In this document: positions 11,899-25,540 of the stretch, piece by piece
How the letters are laid out: every line of letters begins with the position of its first letter
Numbering within the stretch: the stretch's first letter is position 1
NCBI RefSeq assembly: GCF_006345805.1
Contig: NC_042998.1
Coordinates: 2,294,001-2,358,000, forward strand
Length of the DNA stretch: 64,000 nucleotides
Origin: Octopus sinensis
Lineage: Eukaryota
Direction: 5' to 3'
Notes under the pieces: model-generated
What the model was told of the DNA's origin: nothing
Database searches by the model: none
Seen by the model: only the letters and a program-made list of their open reading frames with translations
Position numbers and translations under genes: made by a program

Positions 11899-12765
11899 TG
11901 TGGCTTATGAATCATAGCACCACTCCAAGACTTATATGTGTATAGTGTAAAAACTATGTGCTGGTATGCCTGGACAATGCATACATAAGAAAAAATTCAA
12001 ATATGAAATAGAAGCAGCACTAGTGTAATAAACATTATCAACCACATAAACTTAATGTATATGCCCTGTGTATTTACCAGTAGGCTGTAATTTGGTATGA
12101 TGGAAACTACTCTCCCAAAGTGCTGGGTGTTACTCAGCAGCTTGTTTGCCCAGTGTAAATATAATTACAGAGGGAATATTGGAATACCTGAATCAGGTTA
12201 CTAGAGGAGAAGTAGAAAGAGTCTCTAGCATGAAAGGTGCAATTGTTGGGCTCAGGGAAGGTGATGGTGTTTGAAAAAGGCTGGTGTGATAATGGGAACA
12301 GGAGCAGGGAAGGGAAAGGGGAAGGGGATAAGGTGAAGGAAGAAGAAGCTATCAATGAGGGGGTTGTGAAAATTGTAGGCACACTTAAGAGAAGGAATGG
12401 GTGGAAAAGGGAAGGAGCAGGAGGTGGAAGGATCCGAGTGTTGGCAGTAGAATAGGCAGGGAACAGTGTATTGTAAGGATAAGGAAGCAGGAAAGGAGAA
12501 TAGGAATGTAGTGGGAGAGATTCTGGATGTGAGTGTAAGGACTGAGATGCACAATCGAGAACACAGACACAGGGATGAGCAACTTAAATAAGGGCATATT
12601 GGTAACCCCTTCGAATGAAGAGATGAGATCTCAAAGTCTAGGGTCATAGTTACTGCTGCAGAAATACCTGCTATGGAGGACCTAGGATTTGGAGACAGAT
12701 GTGTTTGTGACATTTTTAAAAGCATGCAAGGAGCAACTGTTAATTGATAGAGAATTAAAACTTAC

Positions 12766-12831
12766 ATCTTTGTCGTATAGTTCAGTTTTACAGAATGGGT
12801 TGATGGCAATGAGAACATCACCAATGTATGT
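12766..12831 (-). CDS. Unconventional myosin, second coding exon (TYIGDVLIAINPFCKTELYDKD); gene continues beyond the left edge
   Basis: Hallmark myosin motif TYIGD(I/V)LIAINPF; ttttcag acceptor and gtaag donor; 66 nt, phase 0, joins exon 1 in frame (…LIY|TYIG…). Confidence 0.92.
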
Positions 12832-12882
12832 CTGAAAATAACAAATAAGGAACAGATGATTATATTCATACATATATAGAAA

Positions 12883-13081
12883 AACAGATAGACAAACAGA
12901 CAGACAGACAGACAGATAGATAGATAAATAGATAGGTAAGTAGGTAGGTAGATAGATAGATAGATAGATACATACATGCATACATACATACATACATACA
13001 TACATGCATACATACATACATACATACATACATGCATGCATGCATACATAGATAGGTAGACAGAGAGAGAAATAGATAGAC

Positions 13082-13124
<43 letters not shown>

Positions 13125-13183
13125 CAGATAGACAGACAGACAGATAGATAGATGGATAGACAGATATATAAATGGATAGACAA

Positions 13184-13220
<37 letters not shown>

Positions 13221-13283
13221 GATAGAGAGAGAGAGATATATAGATAGATAAACAGACAGACAAATAGATATAGATATATACAT
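12883..13283. repeat. Compound tetranucleotide microsatellite (GACA/GATA/GGTA/CATA)n
   Basis: Directly visible; ~400 bp. Confidence 0.97.
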
Positions 13284-13737
13284 AGTAAAGGAAGTCCATC
13301 TGGACTTTACTATCTTGAGCCCTTTTTGTCATCGTACCAGTTATTCAGTCCCTGGCATATAAGTGACCAAGAGCACAACCTCCTCCTGAAGAGGACTCCA
13401 GTCTGTCGCAGGGTCAGTCATTCACATCTGGGTGAACTTGAGTAATGTGAAAAGAAGCGCTTTGCTCAAGAATGCAATGCACCATTTTGTACATCTGAGA
13501 CTATGTTTTGAAACCAAAATGATTACAGCACTGAAGACATATTACCCTTTCAAAAACACACACAGACTGTTAACTTCACTTAAACATTTATTTGGTGCCG
13601 TCATCGTTGTCATCACAGTCATTGTCATCAGCATCATCATCCTTTAACATCTTATTCCCAGGATGGCATGATTTATAGGGAGCTAAAACTTTTGTTGTAT
13701 GAACTGCAACAGCATTAAACAAATAATAAGAGTTTAA

Positions 13738-13951
13738 CCCTTTCGTTACCAACCCGGCTGAAACCGACTCTGAGTACAAATGTCCTGTTTTCATAAGTTT
13801 TGAATCAAAATCTACCACCAAACCTTAGTCACAATTTATGTTCCTAACACTAGCTTAATGATAACTAAGTTATTTTACTAAATTCTTTGTTATAATTAAA
13901 GTAATTGAAAGAAACACAGAGCATCTCAAAATAAATACAGTAATGAAAGGA
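13738..13951. mobile_element. piggyBac-type MITE (similar elements ~15013-15233 and 45521-45712)
   Basis: TTAA|CCCTTTCGTTAC…GTAATGAAAGGA|TTCA. Confidence 0.6.
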
Positions 13952-16192
13952 TTCAGTGAAGTTAACAGCCCGTGTGCTTTTGAATAGCTAACATGTGTCT
14001 TCCAAGTTATGATTAGTCATTTGTTTAATGTTTTCACCTTTCTAGGCTTCTTTAAGCCCTTTGCAACACTTCGAGATTAAAGCCAAATCCATAAGTAATA
14101 ATGTATGGCACAACTATCAGATTCAGTTCTTAATAATTCAGTATCTCAAATCTTAGAATGAATGAGAACTTCACAATCACCAATGAATAAAACTACAAAA
14201 ATAGTTGAAATTAACTCCTCGCATCCTCCTTGACAAAAACTACAATATTTATACTTGTAGCTGCTTAGGATGATTTATTACTAAGTTTTAACTAAGTCAA
14301 CAGAAAGAGAACGGTTTTGCTAAAGTTGACCATCATTTTAATGCAGTGTAAAAAACCTTTCAAAAAAAGTAAACAATCAATATAAGAGAACGTTTCTAAT
14401 TTACTTTATTTCCTTAGGGGTGGTAAATAACTGAGTGAAGAGAATAGTGCACAACAATCTGTATTCTGTAATGCATTCCGTATCCTGTGACAAGAGGTGT
14501 GTTGTGTTTAAGGCCAAGACACTTAGCTACCAATGGTTGAGTCCCTGTGAGTGATACAATTCACTGTTATAAACAACAGCAACAGGAACAACAACAGTAC
14601 AATTTTTTAAATTGAGGAGTATTTTACTGGATTGCAAATACTGACTTCAATTCATTTGGCATGAAGAAATTATCCCCAACAGATCTACATCTTATACAGA
14701 AGGAATGTTTGTCCCCTAATAGCTTAATACTTCAGAAACTGGAGGTGGTCACTGAAACAATAGTTCTTAATGATAAAGCAATAATTCACTAACCTTTTAT
14801 TTTCTAGCTCTAGGTCTGTCATTTGAAAAGATCTACGGCATGCAGACACCCTCCCGTTCTATTAACCTTTTTGTACCTTTATACCACATCTCCATCATTT
14901 TCCCTTTTCCTGTTAGAGTATCCATCTATCTCCTCTACAGCAAGATACCTATTCCCATCTCTCTTACCTATTTTAGCCTCTCAATACCTGGCACAAAGCC
15001 ACCTCTCTTAAATCTTTAGCATTTAAACCAGCTATATCCGACCAAACATTCTACCAGTTCTACCAGTTCAAGCTGGCCAGATCTGGTCTCTCACACTTAC
15101 TTTACAGTATTATTCTAGAAATAAACAATCATGTCACTGAAATCTCAAAGTTACAAGATAATGCATGATTAATTCAAAGGAATGTAAATAAATAAGCATT
15201 ACATTTGTCAGAGTGATCTGAAGGCAAAAGAGTCAATAGTACACCCATATTCTGTCAAGGGGCTACGTCTCATGAGGCACTTGGTGACCTCACTAGTGCT
15301 GGTGCCACAAAAAAATGCACCTAGTACACTCTGTAAATTGGCATCCAACTGTAGAAACCTCGCCAAAATAGACACTAGAGACCAAAACAGCCCTCAGGTT
15401 AGTTGGATCATGTCAAACTGTTCGACCATGTCCAGCATTGGAACATGGGTGTGAAATGATGACAATGATGATGATGATGATGATGTCGACTTTATGTAAT
15501 ATCATTTTTAAGTAGGATCATTCCTGTTGCTTGGGATGAATAGTTTTGACTCTTCCCAAAATGTAATGAAATTCAACAGGAATTTCATTTTCCTTGACCA
15601 TTTTGTGTCTGAGAAAGCTCACTATTGTTGTGTCCCATGGAGCTAGAACATATGGCATTGCCCTTGCAATACGATTGGTGTATTCAGGTCTAAAACACTG
15701 GTTTAGTCTACTTATACACACATACACTAGTGGATACATGCACAAACTCACATGAAAAATGTGTGTGTGCATGTGTGTGTGTGTGTGTGTGTGTGTGTCT
15801 GTGCGCGTGTGTGTGTGTGTGTGTATTGAATCTTTTGATGTTAACCGAAGACAACAGAGTGAAAATTTTTTCTTTGATCTCTTGCTGCTCTTTCTCTTTA
15901 TACCGCTGTCGTTTTTCTTTTTCTCAATACTTCCGTTTCTATTCTCTCTCTTTCTCACTCCCTCTCTCTCTCTTTCACTCTCGATATCTTTTCCTCTCCC
16001 TCCCTCAACCTATCTACCTGTAATTACCTGACTGTCTATCGCTGTCTCTCTCTTTGGCGCTCAAGATATTTCAGAATTAGCTTACCATTACCCAAATGAT
16101 TAATTATTCTCTGTATAGAAGAAACCGGTTCCTTTTTATGAAGGGACAAAATTCAATAAAAGAGGGAAGTAGAAGGTTAACAACAGCAGCAA

Positions 16193-16232
<40 letters not shown>

Positions 16233-16409
16233 CAACATTAATAACTACAACATATGCACAAGTTAACTAAGAAACTTCTATATAGTTGCTTTTACCCACA
16301 GCCAAATTTCTCTTAAATCACATTCAACTATTTTAATACGGATGAAATACACGATTTTATGGGAGAATATAGAGATATATGTTGATAGTAAAAGAGAGAC
16401 AGACCGAGT

Positions 16410-16643
16410 AAGGCAGTGACTTGGCAGAAATGTTAGCACGCCGGACGAAATGCTTAGCAGTATTTCGTCTGCTGTTACGTTCTGAGTTCAAATTCCGCTG
16501 AGGTCGACTTTGCCTTTCATCCTTTCGGGGTCGATAAATTAAGTACCAGTTACGCACGGGGTCGATATAATCGACTTAATCCGTTTGTCTGTCCTTGTTT
16601 GTCCCCTCTATGTTTAGCCCCTTGTGGGCAATAAAGAAATAAG
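16410..16643 (+). mobile_element. tRNA-derived SINE (family A, Nin-domain-like core); more decayed copies at 16830-17270
   Basis: ggcagaaatgttagcacgccgg…gagttcaaattcc…gtcgactttgcctttcatcctttcggggtcgataaa. Confidence 0.85.
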
Positions 16644-17598
16644 ACAGACAGACAGACAGACAGGAGTGTGGTTGCTTAATGGTTGAAGTGCTTTCAGTAA
16701 CAGCTCTGTTTAATCAAAGTTGATTGATATGTGTATATAGTAATATGTTGTTATTGTATATATAATAACACAATGTTGATGTTGAACGACATTAACAACG
16801 TATTATTAAATATACTCATGTAGAAAAGCAGAGAGCTGGTAAGAATCGTTAGGATGCTGGACAAAATGCTTAGCAGCATTTCGTCCGTCTTTACGTTCCC
16901 AGTTTAAATTCTGCCGAGGCTGACTTTACCTTTTATCCTTTCAGGATCAATAGAATAAGTACCAGTTACTGAACACTGAGGTCGATGTAACTTTCCACAA
17001 AACTTCGGGCCTTGTGCCTATTCTAGTAACGTGTTATAAACACATGTAAGTAAGGCAGTACACTGGCTGAGTCATTAGCACGTCGGACATCATTTCATCA
17101 GTTTTAACCTTTTGAGCTTAACTTTTGCTGAGACTGATTTTACCTTTCATCTTTTCAGGGTCAATAAAATAAGTACCAGTTGAACACTGGAGACCAATGC
17201 ACATGACTAGCACCCACCACCACCACCAAGTTTCAGGCTTTGTGCCTATAAGTAGAAAGGATTATAAACACATGTAGTAAACTCATCCTAAATCCTTTTG
17301 TAAATAAGATAAAGCATCAAATATTGACTGATCCAGAAGAACTACCAACTTTTTGTTTCTGTTAGAAGTAACATATTTCTCACTCAATCTCGCTGCTTAC
17401 CATTCATTTTACTCTCAATTTTGGTGGACTTTCAAAATAGCTATCACTTCCTGGAGAAATAAAAGGCAAAAACTTGGTTATTTTCTTCCTTCATTATTTT
17501 GAGTATTTCCATGTTTCGTGCAATGGAAATTACAAATGTGAATTGTTGCTCACATCGTTGTTGTTGTTGTAACATGTCTTATATGCTCGCGTGCGTGC

Positions 17599-17629
<31 letters not shown>

Positions 17630-17744
17630 TGTATTTATGTGCAGATTTGTATGTTTTATGTATGTATTCTCGTGCATAAAGTTACATATCTAGACATGCT
17701 CATATATATTTAAATGATAAACTTCTGGAAAGTTTTACAGATTT

Positions 17745-18030
17745 TTACAGTTCCAGTGTATCTGTAGTCTTCGAATTGGCTTTCCCTTTTCTGGTTTTGA
17801 GAAGCCTAATTTCTCAAGATATCCCAGGGCCCCAATACTTACAGGTATAAACCTGAACTTGTAATCTGGATAGAGTAACTGCAGATTTCTCAATAGTTCA
17901 GCATAGGTGTTCTCTTTTTCACTGATCTTCAGCTCTATGCTAATATCTGCTGGGCAGCTAATTTCCACAACTGAGCAGTTTCTCTTCTCTATCCCAAATC
18001 ATTATATCAAGTCTGTTGTGCTTACACTTT
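17745..18030 (-). mobile_element. R4/Dong-like non-LTR retrotransposon fragment (restriction-like endonuclease end)
   Basis: KHNRLDIMIWD…EISCPADISIELKISEKENTY…FIPVSIGALG matches the PD-(D/E)xK RLE C-terminus. Confidence 0.7.
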
Positions 18031-18888
18031 ATTGAGCACTTGTACATTCCACCAGTGTTCCTTTTTATTATGCATGTATGTATTGTATTTTATTGTATTA
18101 TGTTATATTGTATGCATGCATGTATGTTTATGTGTGTATGTGTTTTCAGTGTTCTTGACTCTTGGTTGTAAGGCCTTCCTTTCCCAAGTCTTTTGGTTTT
18201 GAATTGTTATTGGTGCTTCTGTAACTTTGCTTTTACAAGGTAGAGATGTTGGCCCTGTGCAAACCCATTTTTTTATTTCTGGGAAGAGGTGCTCCATATT
18301 AGCCTGGCATCTATCCTTTGACCTATCTAGTACAGAAAATTTTACCAGGAGTTTGTACTCCACTGGCAAAGCTCCCCAGGATCATTGAGATATACAATCC
18401 ATCACACCACACCACAAGTGCTGGGTGCTTTTAACATGGCACCAGCATGAGTGCTTTTACATGGCACCAACACAGGTGCTTTTTACTTGGCACCAGCACA
18501 GGACTCTTGCAGGCCAATCCTCTTCACATGGGGCAGTGGCCTTAACACTTCTGCTGTGGAGGACAGATCTTCTTGAGTACTGTAAGGCATCATGTATTTT
18601 GGTCCTTTGTCATCTGATCTGAAAGTTTCACTGATTAAAATCCTATTCAAAACTTTGCTCTTCACAGGTATTGCATCAACTTGGTTTTATTTTCACCTGA
18701 GGAAAGTTGTTTTTTATTGATAAGTGCAGATATGGCCGTGCAGTTAAGAAGCTTTTTGTGCAACTAGGTGCTTTTGGGATCAGACCCTTCATGCCCTTGA
18801 GAAAATAATTTTTACTATAGTCCTGGGGTCAACCAATGCTTTGTGAGTGAAGTTGGTAAAATAGAAACTGTGTGATGGTCCATCATGT

Positions 18889-18889
<1 letters not shown>

Positions 18890-18950
<61 letters not shown>
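18890..18950. repeat. (TG)n microsatellite
   Basis: Directly visible. Confidence 0.97.
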
Positions 18951-18951
<1 letters not shown>

Positions 18952-20089
18952 ACCTAATGCTTCACAACCAGTGTTAGTTTGTTTACATCCCTGTAACTTA
19001 GTAGTTCGGTAAAAGCAACTGAAAGAATAAGTACCAGACTTAAAAGATAAGAACTAGGCTTGATTTGTTAGACTAAACAAATAATTCAAGGCAGGATGGC
19101 CATAGTCCAATGACTAAAACAAGAACAAGAAGGAAATAAAGTAAATGACTACAACAAAACAAAATAAAACAAAAGTATGAGTATTATTGTAGTAGACATA
19201 CTAATTAGTTATGAGACCCGTTACTAGTAACTTATTTTTGGTAAATGGAATTTCTTCCCAGGAACACTTATATAACTCTAATGATGTAGCTCACTAACTC
19301 ATTAATATTCCTATTATGCTGTTGTGGAACTGGGAAACTTGCGAGGGTGGGTGGTTGATTTTTGTGTGATTTTTTTTCTCTCCATGTCAAACAATAATGG
19401 ACATTCTGTTAGCTGAAAGGTTTGGACGATAACAATAATAATAACAACAACAAAAAGGAGAAGAATCGAAGAAAGAAAAAAAAGAAACTAGACTGGAAAA
19501 TCTAGTTTCTAAAATTAGAACAAATTTGTTGAACAAGTAAAATGTTTCAGATTTAGTTGATTTTATGCCGAAATAACAATAACTTTGTAAAATAGATGTT
19601 TTAATATTTTAAAGAGTTCTTATTAAATAGATTATTAAATAAATATCACTGCTTTTTCTAGAAGATAGACTGACAGAATCATGAGAGAGTTGGACAAAGT
19701 GCCTTGTAGCATTTAATTTCGGCCCTTTGCATCTGAGTTCAAAACCTTTCAAGGTTAACTTTGTCTTTCATCTCTCCACAGTTGGAAAAAACAAAGTGAA
19801 GTAATAGTTGATTCAACTGGTTCCCATTCCCATAGATAATTAAGATAATCAAATAATTAAGGTTGTGTTATTGTATCCTGCTTTTTTATCCTGCTTTTTT
19901 AATTTGGCACAACAAATGTTAAAACATCAACAATGACTGTCATACATTTTTACTAATTTAATGAGTAATCTCTATGTAATTATATATGTTGGTTGATCTC
20001 TCCAGTCATGCTTTACGTTGTATAGGGGGAGAGAGGGAATAAAAGGGAGATACAGTGGGAGTTAACATAAGAAATGTATGTGATTCTAT

Positions 20090-22672
20090 CTGCCAGGCAG
20101 ACCCTCATATCCTTTGATAAAAAGCTTTGGCCCCAGCTAATCTCAATACTAACAGAAGCAACTTCCTTGATATAACCATGGGTTCATCTAACTCCACTCA
20201 GGTTACAGATCTAGTCGGATTGTACCTCCTTCAACAGCTCCATACACAATTCCCCCATATCAAAGGAAGTTTATACAGGGATGATGCATGGTTAATTACA
20301 ACCAGCCTAACAAAATCTGCATTAGAAAAATCTAGAAAAACACTTACATAAATTCATCGCCAACCTTAACCTATCTATGTCTTTCAAAAACTCTTACAGG
20401 ACAGCAAATTTTCTAGATGTTACTTTAGACTTAAACTCTTCCCTATACTTCCCATATCATAAACCCAATCAATACCTTAAATATATCAACACAGAATCTA
20501 GCCACCCTAAATCTACTTTCAAGAGCATAATCAAAGGCATGTCCATCAGAATATCCGATCTATCCACCAATGAGGAAATCTTCAATAACTACACCAATTA
20601 CTATAACCAAGCTCTAGCTGCTAGTTTCTCCCAGAAGATTAGATTTATACCCAACACTAGACTTAAGGTACGCCTCTCGAAACTTAGTTCTAGACAAATG
20701 CGCACAAATATTGGAAATCCAATCCCCCCTACAATGATCAGACAGTCTCGCCCACCTAGCACTCACATGCACAACACTCGATCTACGAACACTAATACAA
20801 ACATTAGATCTTCTAACTCTCCTCTAACATTTACTAGGAATTACACCTCCCCTAACTTGCATAATAAAAGCAGCAGGAGATCTATTCTCTGGTATACACC
20901 TTCATTCGCTTTAAATGTTAAGAGCCTCACTAAAGCTTTCCTTAAAATAGTAGAATCCAATTTCCCACGTAACCATAAGTACGATTCTATCTTTAACAGA
21001 CCCACTTTGAAATTATCCTATTCATCTACACCAAATATAGAATCTATAATCACCTCATCTAATAAACATAAACTTAGCTCTTACTATCTAAATACATACA
21101 ACTCTACCATGGACCTACACAATGAAAACACTAACACCTATTTCTTTACTACCCACAAGGGGCTAAACACAGAGGGGACAAACAAGGACAGACAAATGGA
21201 TTAAGTCGATTATATCGACCCCAGTGCATAATTGGTATTTATTTAATTGACCTCGAAAGGATGAAAGGCAAAGTCGACCTCGGTGGAATTTGAACTCAGA
21301 ACGTAGCGGCAGACGAAATACCTATTTCTTTACTACCCACAAGGGGCTAAACACAGAGAGGACAAACAAGGACAGACAAATGGATTAAGTCGATTATATC
21401 GACCCCAGTGCATAACTGGTACTTATTTAATTGACCCCGAAAGGATGAAAGGCAAAGTCGACCTCGGTGGAATTTGAACTCAGAACGTAGCGGCAGACGA
21501 AATACCGCTAGGCATTTCGCCCGGCGTTCTAACGATTCTGCCAGCTTGCCGCGTTCACTGATTGCAATAACATATCTAATACCCCTGGCCCGACCACTTT
21601 CAACAACTTAAACATACATAATATAATTCCCACCTCTGAGGGTAATGGGCGCAACTTGAAACCGATGCAAACACTAATAGGCACACTGATACTAACAACG
21701 CTAATTATGTTATAACCACTACAACTAATAATACATATACTTGAACTACTAATAGGAATAGCAATAATATTAATACTGACACCAATGGCAATATTACCAT
21801 TACTGAAGACAGTACAGTTATTAACACTCCTACCATAAACACAACTATTAATAGCTGCAATAATAACATCACTAATACCACCTCCTATACCACTGCTAAT
21901 ACTAACACTACTACCAAGGATACTACTACTGCAGCTGCTGCTACTAATATTACTAGTAATACTACCAATACTACTAACACCACCACCACCACTACTACTA
22001 CTACTAGTAATGATAATAATAATTACAACAGCGATGCTGATAATGATAATGATGATAATAATAATAATGGTAATGCTGGCATTGACATCATTACTAGAAA
22101 CGACAGCAATAATAACAACAGCATCATGATCGATTCACCTAATACCACCCTAGTCACTACCAGCACTACCTCATCTCTCTCTCCAATTAACCATCGTAGA
22201 ACAGATAACTGCAACTTCAGATCTGGGACAGATTGCCCAAAGCAGAAGACTCTGTGTCATATACTGATGCACCGTTCACAACATGGTAAATAACTACTGC
22301 ATTGGATCGAGCACCAATTTTAAACAAAAGTATGATGCACATTTAAACTTGTTAAAATATAAGGAGAATAGCAATTCCACATCACTAGCCAGCCATGTAC
22401 ACCATCTAATTAATAGAAAAATACAGTATAAACTTTCCTGGGCTATAATAGACTCGGGTATCCCGTATCAGGGCCAACACTCCAGTTGCAGACTCTGCTT
22501 AAAAGAAGCCATCAAAATTTTAACCCACAACTCACCACGATTGCTTAATAAATACGAGGCCTTCACTAAATGCAAGCACAAATTCTTCTGCACTTTTAAA
22601 TTCTTTCATAAATCTAAATGTAAGCTCAACTCCCACAAAGAGCACCCACATACAAACCCCTATGATCATTAA
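20090..22672 (+). mobile_element. Degenerate Penelope-like element (RT + Asn/Thr-rich linker + GIY-YIG endonuclease), interrupted by a SINE
   Basis: DITMGS…DLVGLYLL…LYRDDA, NFLDVTLDL…YHKPN…YINTESSHP, LKLSYSSTPNI; then CIGSSTNFKQ…STSLASHVH…CRLCLKEAIKI…LLNK. Confidence 0.88.
21137..21553 (-). mobile_element. Family A SINE with tandemly duplicated body, inserted in the Penelope-like element
   Basis: Two ~185-bp direct copies (21137-21321, 21322-21505) plus one head. Confidence 0.9.
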
Positions 22673-23472
22673 CACATACCCCTTCTATATCTCTATAACT
22701 CTTATTTCTACCTTATATCTTACCTCTCTTCTATCTACCTTACCTCATCACACTATGAGATAAATATTAATTCTTTAATTTATCCTTAATATATTTTTAA
22801 ACCTTAACCCAATAAATCCCCTTATATAAATCCCCTAACTCTAATTCCCACTCATAAATAATTTAACATTCAACTAGCTCTTCTATTCTCAACTACCTAA
22901 AAATAATTCTACAGTCAATGACCTTTGCCAGAATGGACACCAGCAGGTACGACTAAATTTCATTCCCAACAACTTTGGACTTTAAGACTACCACACACAT
23001 CTACTACTCTCTCTAAATTCCTTTCATTTTGCTCTATTCCTTAACCCTGTCTTCCTCCACCTCCTCATCATCTCTCTTATCTTTTCAGCTACCCTGTACA
23101 CAATTCTTAGAGACCATACACCTATGAACCTTACTTTATCCTATAGCCAATCCTTAAAATCCACTGCTTCACTCTATCCACCGATCTTTCTACTCATTTT
23201 CTTTTCTTTTCTTTTACTCTTAATAGCCACTCCCACTACCATTCTGTTGATATGTTCCTGTCTTTTTTCTGGGGATGTCTACTACATCAGGATTTTAACC
23301 CACATGGATCTACGCAGGATTGCACCTAAGGACTCATGCTTTTGTTTCTATAACTTCATAATTGTCACATATTACATTTACAGATAAATTCCTCTATTTA
23401 TATAATATCGAGGTCTCTTTCATTCTTTTGTTGTCTTACCATTTTTATCAATATATATATATATATATATAT

Positions 23473-24392
23473 ATAGCTGACGAACTCGGTAATTCCCAGG
23501 AAAGTGGAGCTTATCCCTTGGTTCCATTCTCGTAATTGTTTCACTAATCCAGTAACAACAACACAAAGTATGTAGCCCTTAAAATGGTTTTTGTGCATTT
23601 ACAGAGAACACCAAAATGTCTTATACAGGATCTTGTTTTTAAGAATTCCCAATAAGTTATGAATACCCAAATTGTAAAATCAGTTATGTAATAACACAAA
23701 ATTAATTACCTGATAGTAAGAATCCAAATAAAGTAACCCCAAAAAGGGCTTTAATGCATTCCCAGAGTATATAGAACATAGGAGGAAATACTAATAAGGT
23801 ATGTATACTAAAATCATGAAGTATGTTTCGTAATAACAGGCTAATCAGATATGAGATAATAACAATTCAAAATAAATAACTCTGAAAAGGGCTTTTGTGT
23901 GTTCCCAGAGGATATTACCCTCAGGGGCACTAGTGTTGGTATATTCGTGAATAAGTCACTAACTGAAATAAGTAGATCTATTGTTTAGGAAAATACTATT
24001 TACTTGTTTAAGGGTTGTACTGGATAAATTGCGAAATTAGCTCTAACAGTTCAAATACTAAAAAATAAGGATACTCAATTTGATTTATACCAAATAATTT
24101 AGGAAAATGAATGGCTTATTTCCCTTGGCTATATATAAGGGTCTCTTCCAGGGGCGAATGGGTTATTTCCCTTGGCTTTTAAAATAACATATATTAGCTA
24201 TATATAAGGATCCCTTCCAGGGGCCCTATTATCGATTTTTTTTTTCAACAATCTAGGTATGCCATGAGGTTTTCAGTCATGAGTTCTACTCACGTGTCAA
24301 GTTTCATCAAAATCGATAAAGCAATGTAGGAGGAGTTAGCTAACAACTCCACAAACACAACCACAGACAGAATTTCCCACATATGTAGTAGA
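23473..24392 (-). mobile_element. Probable Helitron-like non-autonomous element with internal degenerate tandem repeats
   Basis: End cacagacagaatttcccacatatgtagtagat resembles the other Helitron 5' ends; internal repeats aaaagggcttt…ttcccagag and a duplicated gaatgg…ttccaggggc. Confidence 0.4.
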
Positions 24393-25269
24393 TATATATT
24401 TTCACTCACACATACCATCTTATATAACTAATAAATATATATGAACATAAGTTATATTAGATATTTATAGTAAAATATGTCCATTGATAAATAAATAAAA
24501 ATAAAAATAACATATAAAAAATAAAAAATAATCTATTCCATATAATGACTATTACATCTCTGAGTTACATCCTCTGTATAAATATTAGTACTAGAGATAA
24601 ATTCATAAATTATTGATATCAATTAAATAAATATCTTACAAAAATAGTCATATTTATTTTTACTAGCAGAGGAACCCAGCATTGCCCGGGAATGAAATTT
24701 TTCCTTATATATTGGAAGAAAAAATGCAAAATATGTTGTATAGAAATTTGTTATTCTAAATTCAATTTATTCTTTAGTTGGGATACAATTTATTCTTTAA
24801 CTGGGAAATCAATTCTGAATTCATAATACAAAATAATAACAATAACAATAAACGAAAATATAAAATTTACCACTTTTATGAAAAGAGATAAATTCTACCA
24901 CACACGTTGAAGGAAACTACATAAGTGCTTCTGGGTAAATAACATTCCTTGTTTTCTGGTTTGGAGCAAAGACAAATAAGTCTTGCAAACTACATAACAC
25001 ATATGTATAGACATATATAAACCTAATAAATTGTATTACATATTTGATGATGATTTATAGCCAATAATGTCATTAATTAAATGTGATTAAAACATTTTTT
25101 TAATATAATGACTATCCTTATCTGAGTTAAATCATCATTATAACTATTGATACTAAAGGTACATCATCATCATCGTTTAACGTCCGCTTTCCATGCTGGC
25201 ATGGGTTGGACGGGGCATGGGTTGGACGGTATATTAATGATATATTAATATAAATTAATATAAATAAAT

Positions 25270-25540
25270 AGCAAAATGAACTTGATATTGAGGCTGATAA
25301 TATTAAAAGAAATTTCAGAACTAGAAAGATCCCACCAGGAAATAAAGATCTGGAACAGTTTGAAAACGAATTGTGGAATATCATTAGAAATATTAAGTTT
25401 CAAAGACATCCACTTCGGAGAAATGCTCACCAGAGGAAACTTATTAATATTGTTAAAAACTTTAGAAGTAAGGATGGAATTTTAGTACAATCAGGTAAAA
25501 CTAATAATTTATACCATATGGATGTCTCTGAATACCATGA
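25270..25540 (+). mobile_element. Penelope-like RT N-terminal fragment
   Basis: WNIIRNIKF…ILVQSGKTNNLYHMD resembles the PLE ADKT.N.Y motif. Confidence 0.55.

Noticed and set aside
1-12765. Next myosin exon (PPH…/GESGAGKT)
   Set aside because: No convincing match found by eye; ORFs at 2724-3028 and 5371-5622 show no myosin similarity
12682-13332. 216-aa ORF with YLSI/VCMY repeats
   Set aside because: Translation of a tetranucleotide microsatellite; only 12766-12831 is a real exon
15518-15958. 146-aa ORF
   Set aside because: Largely (CA)n and (GA)n derived; no recognisable domain or splice support
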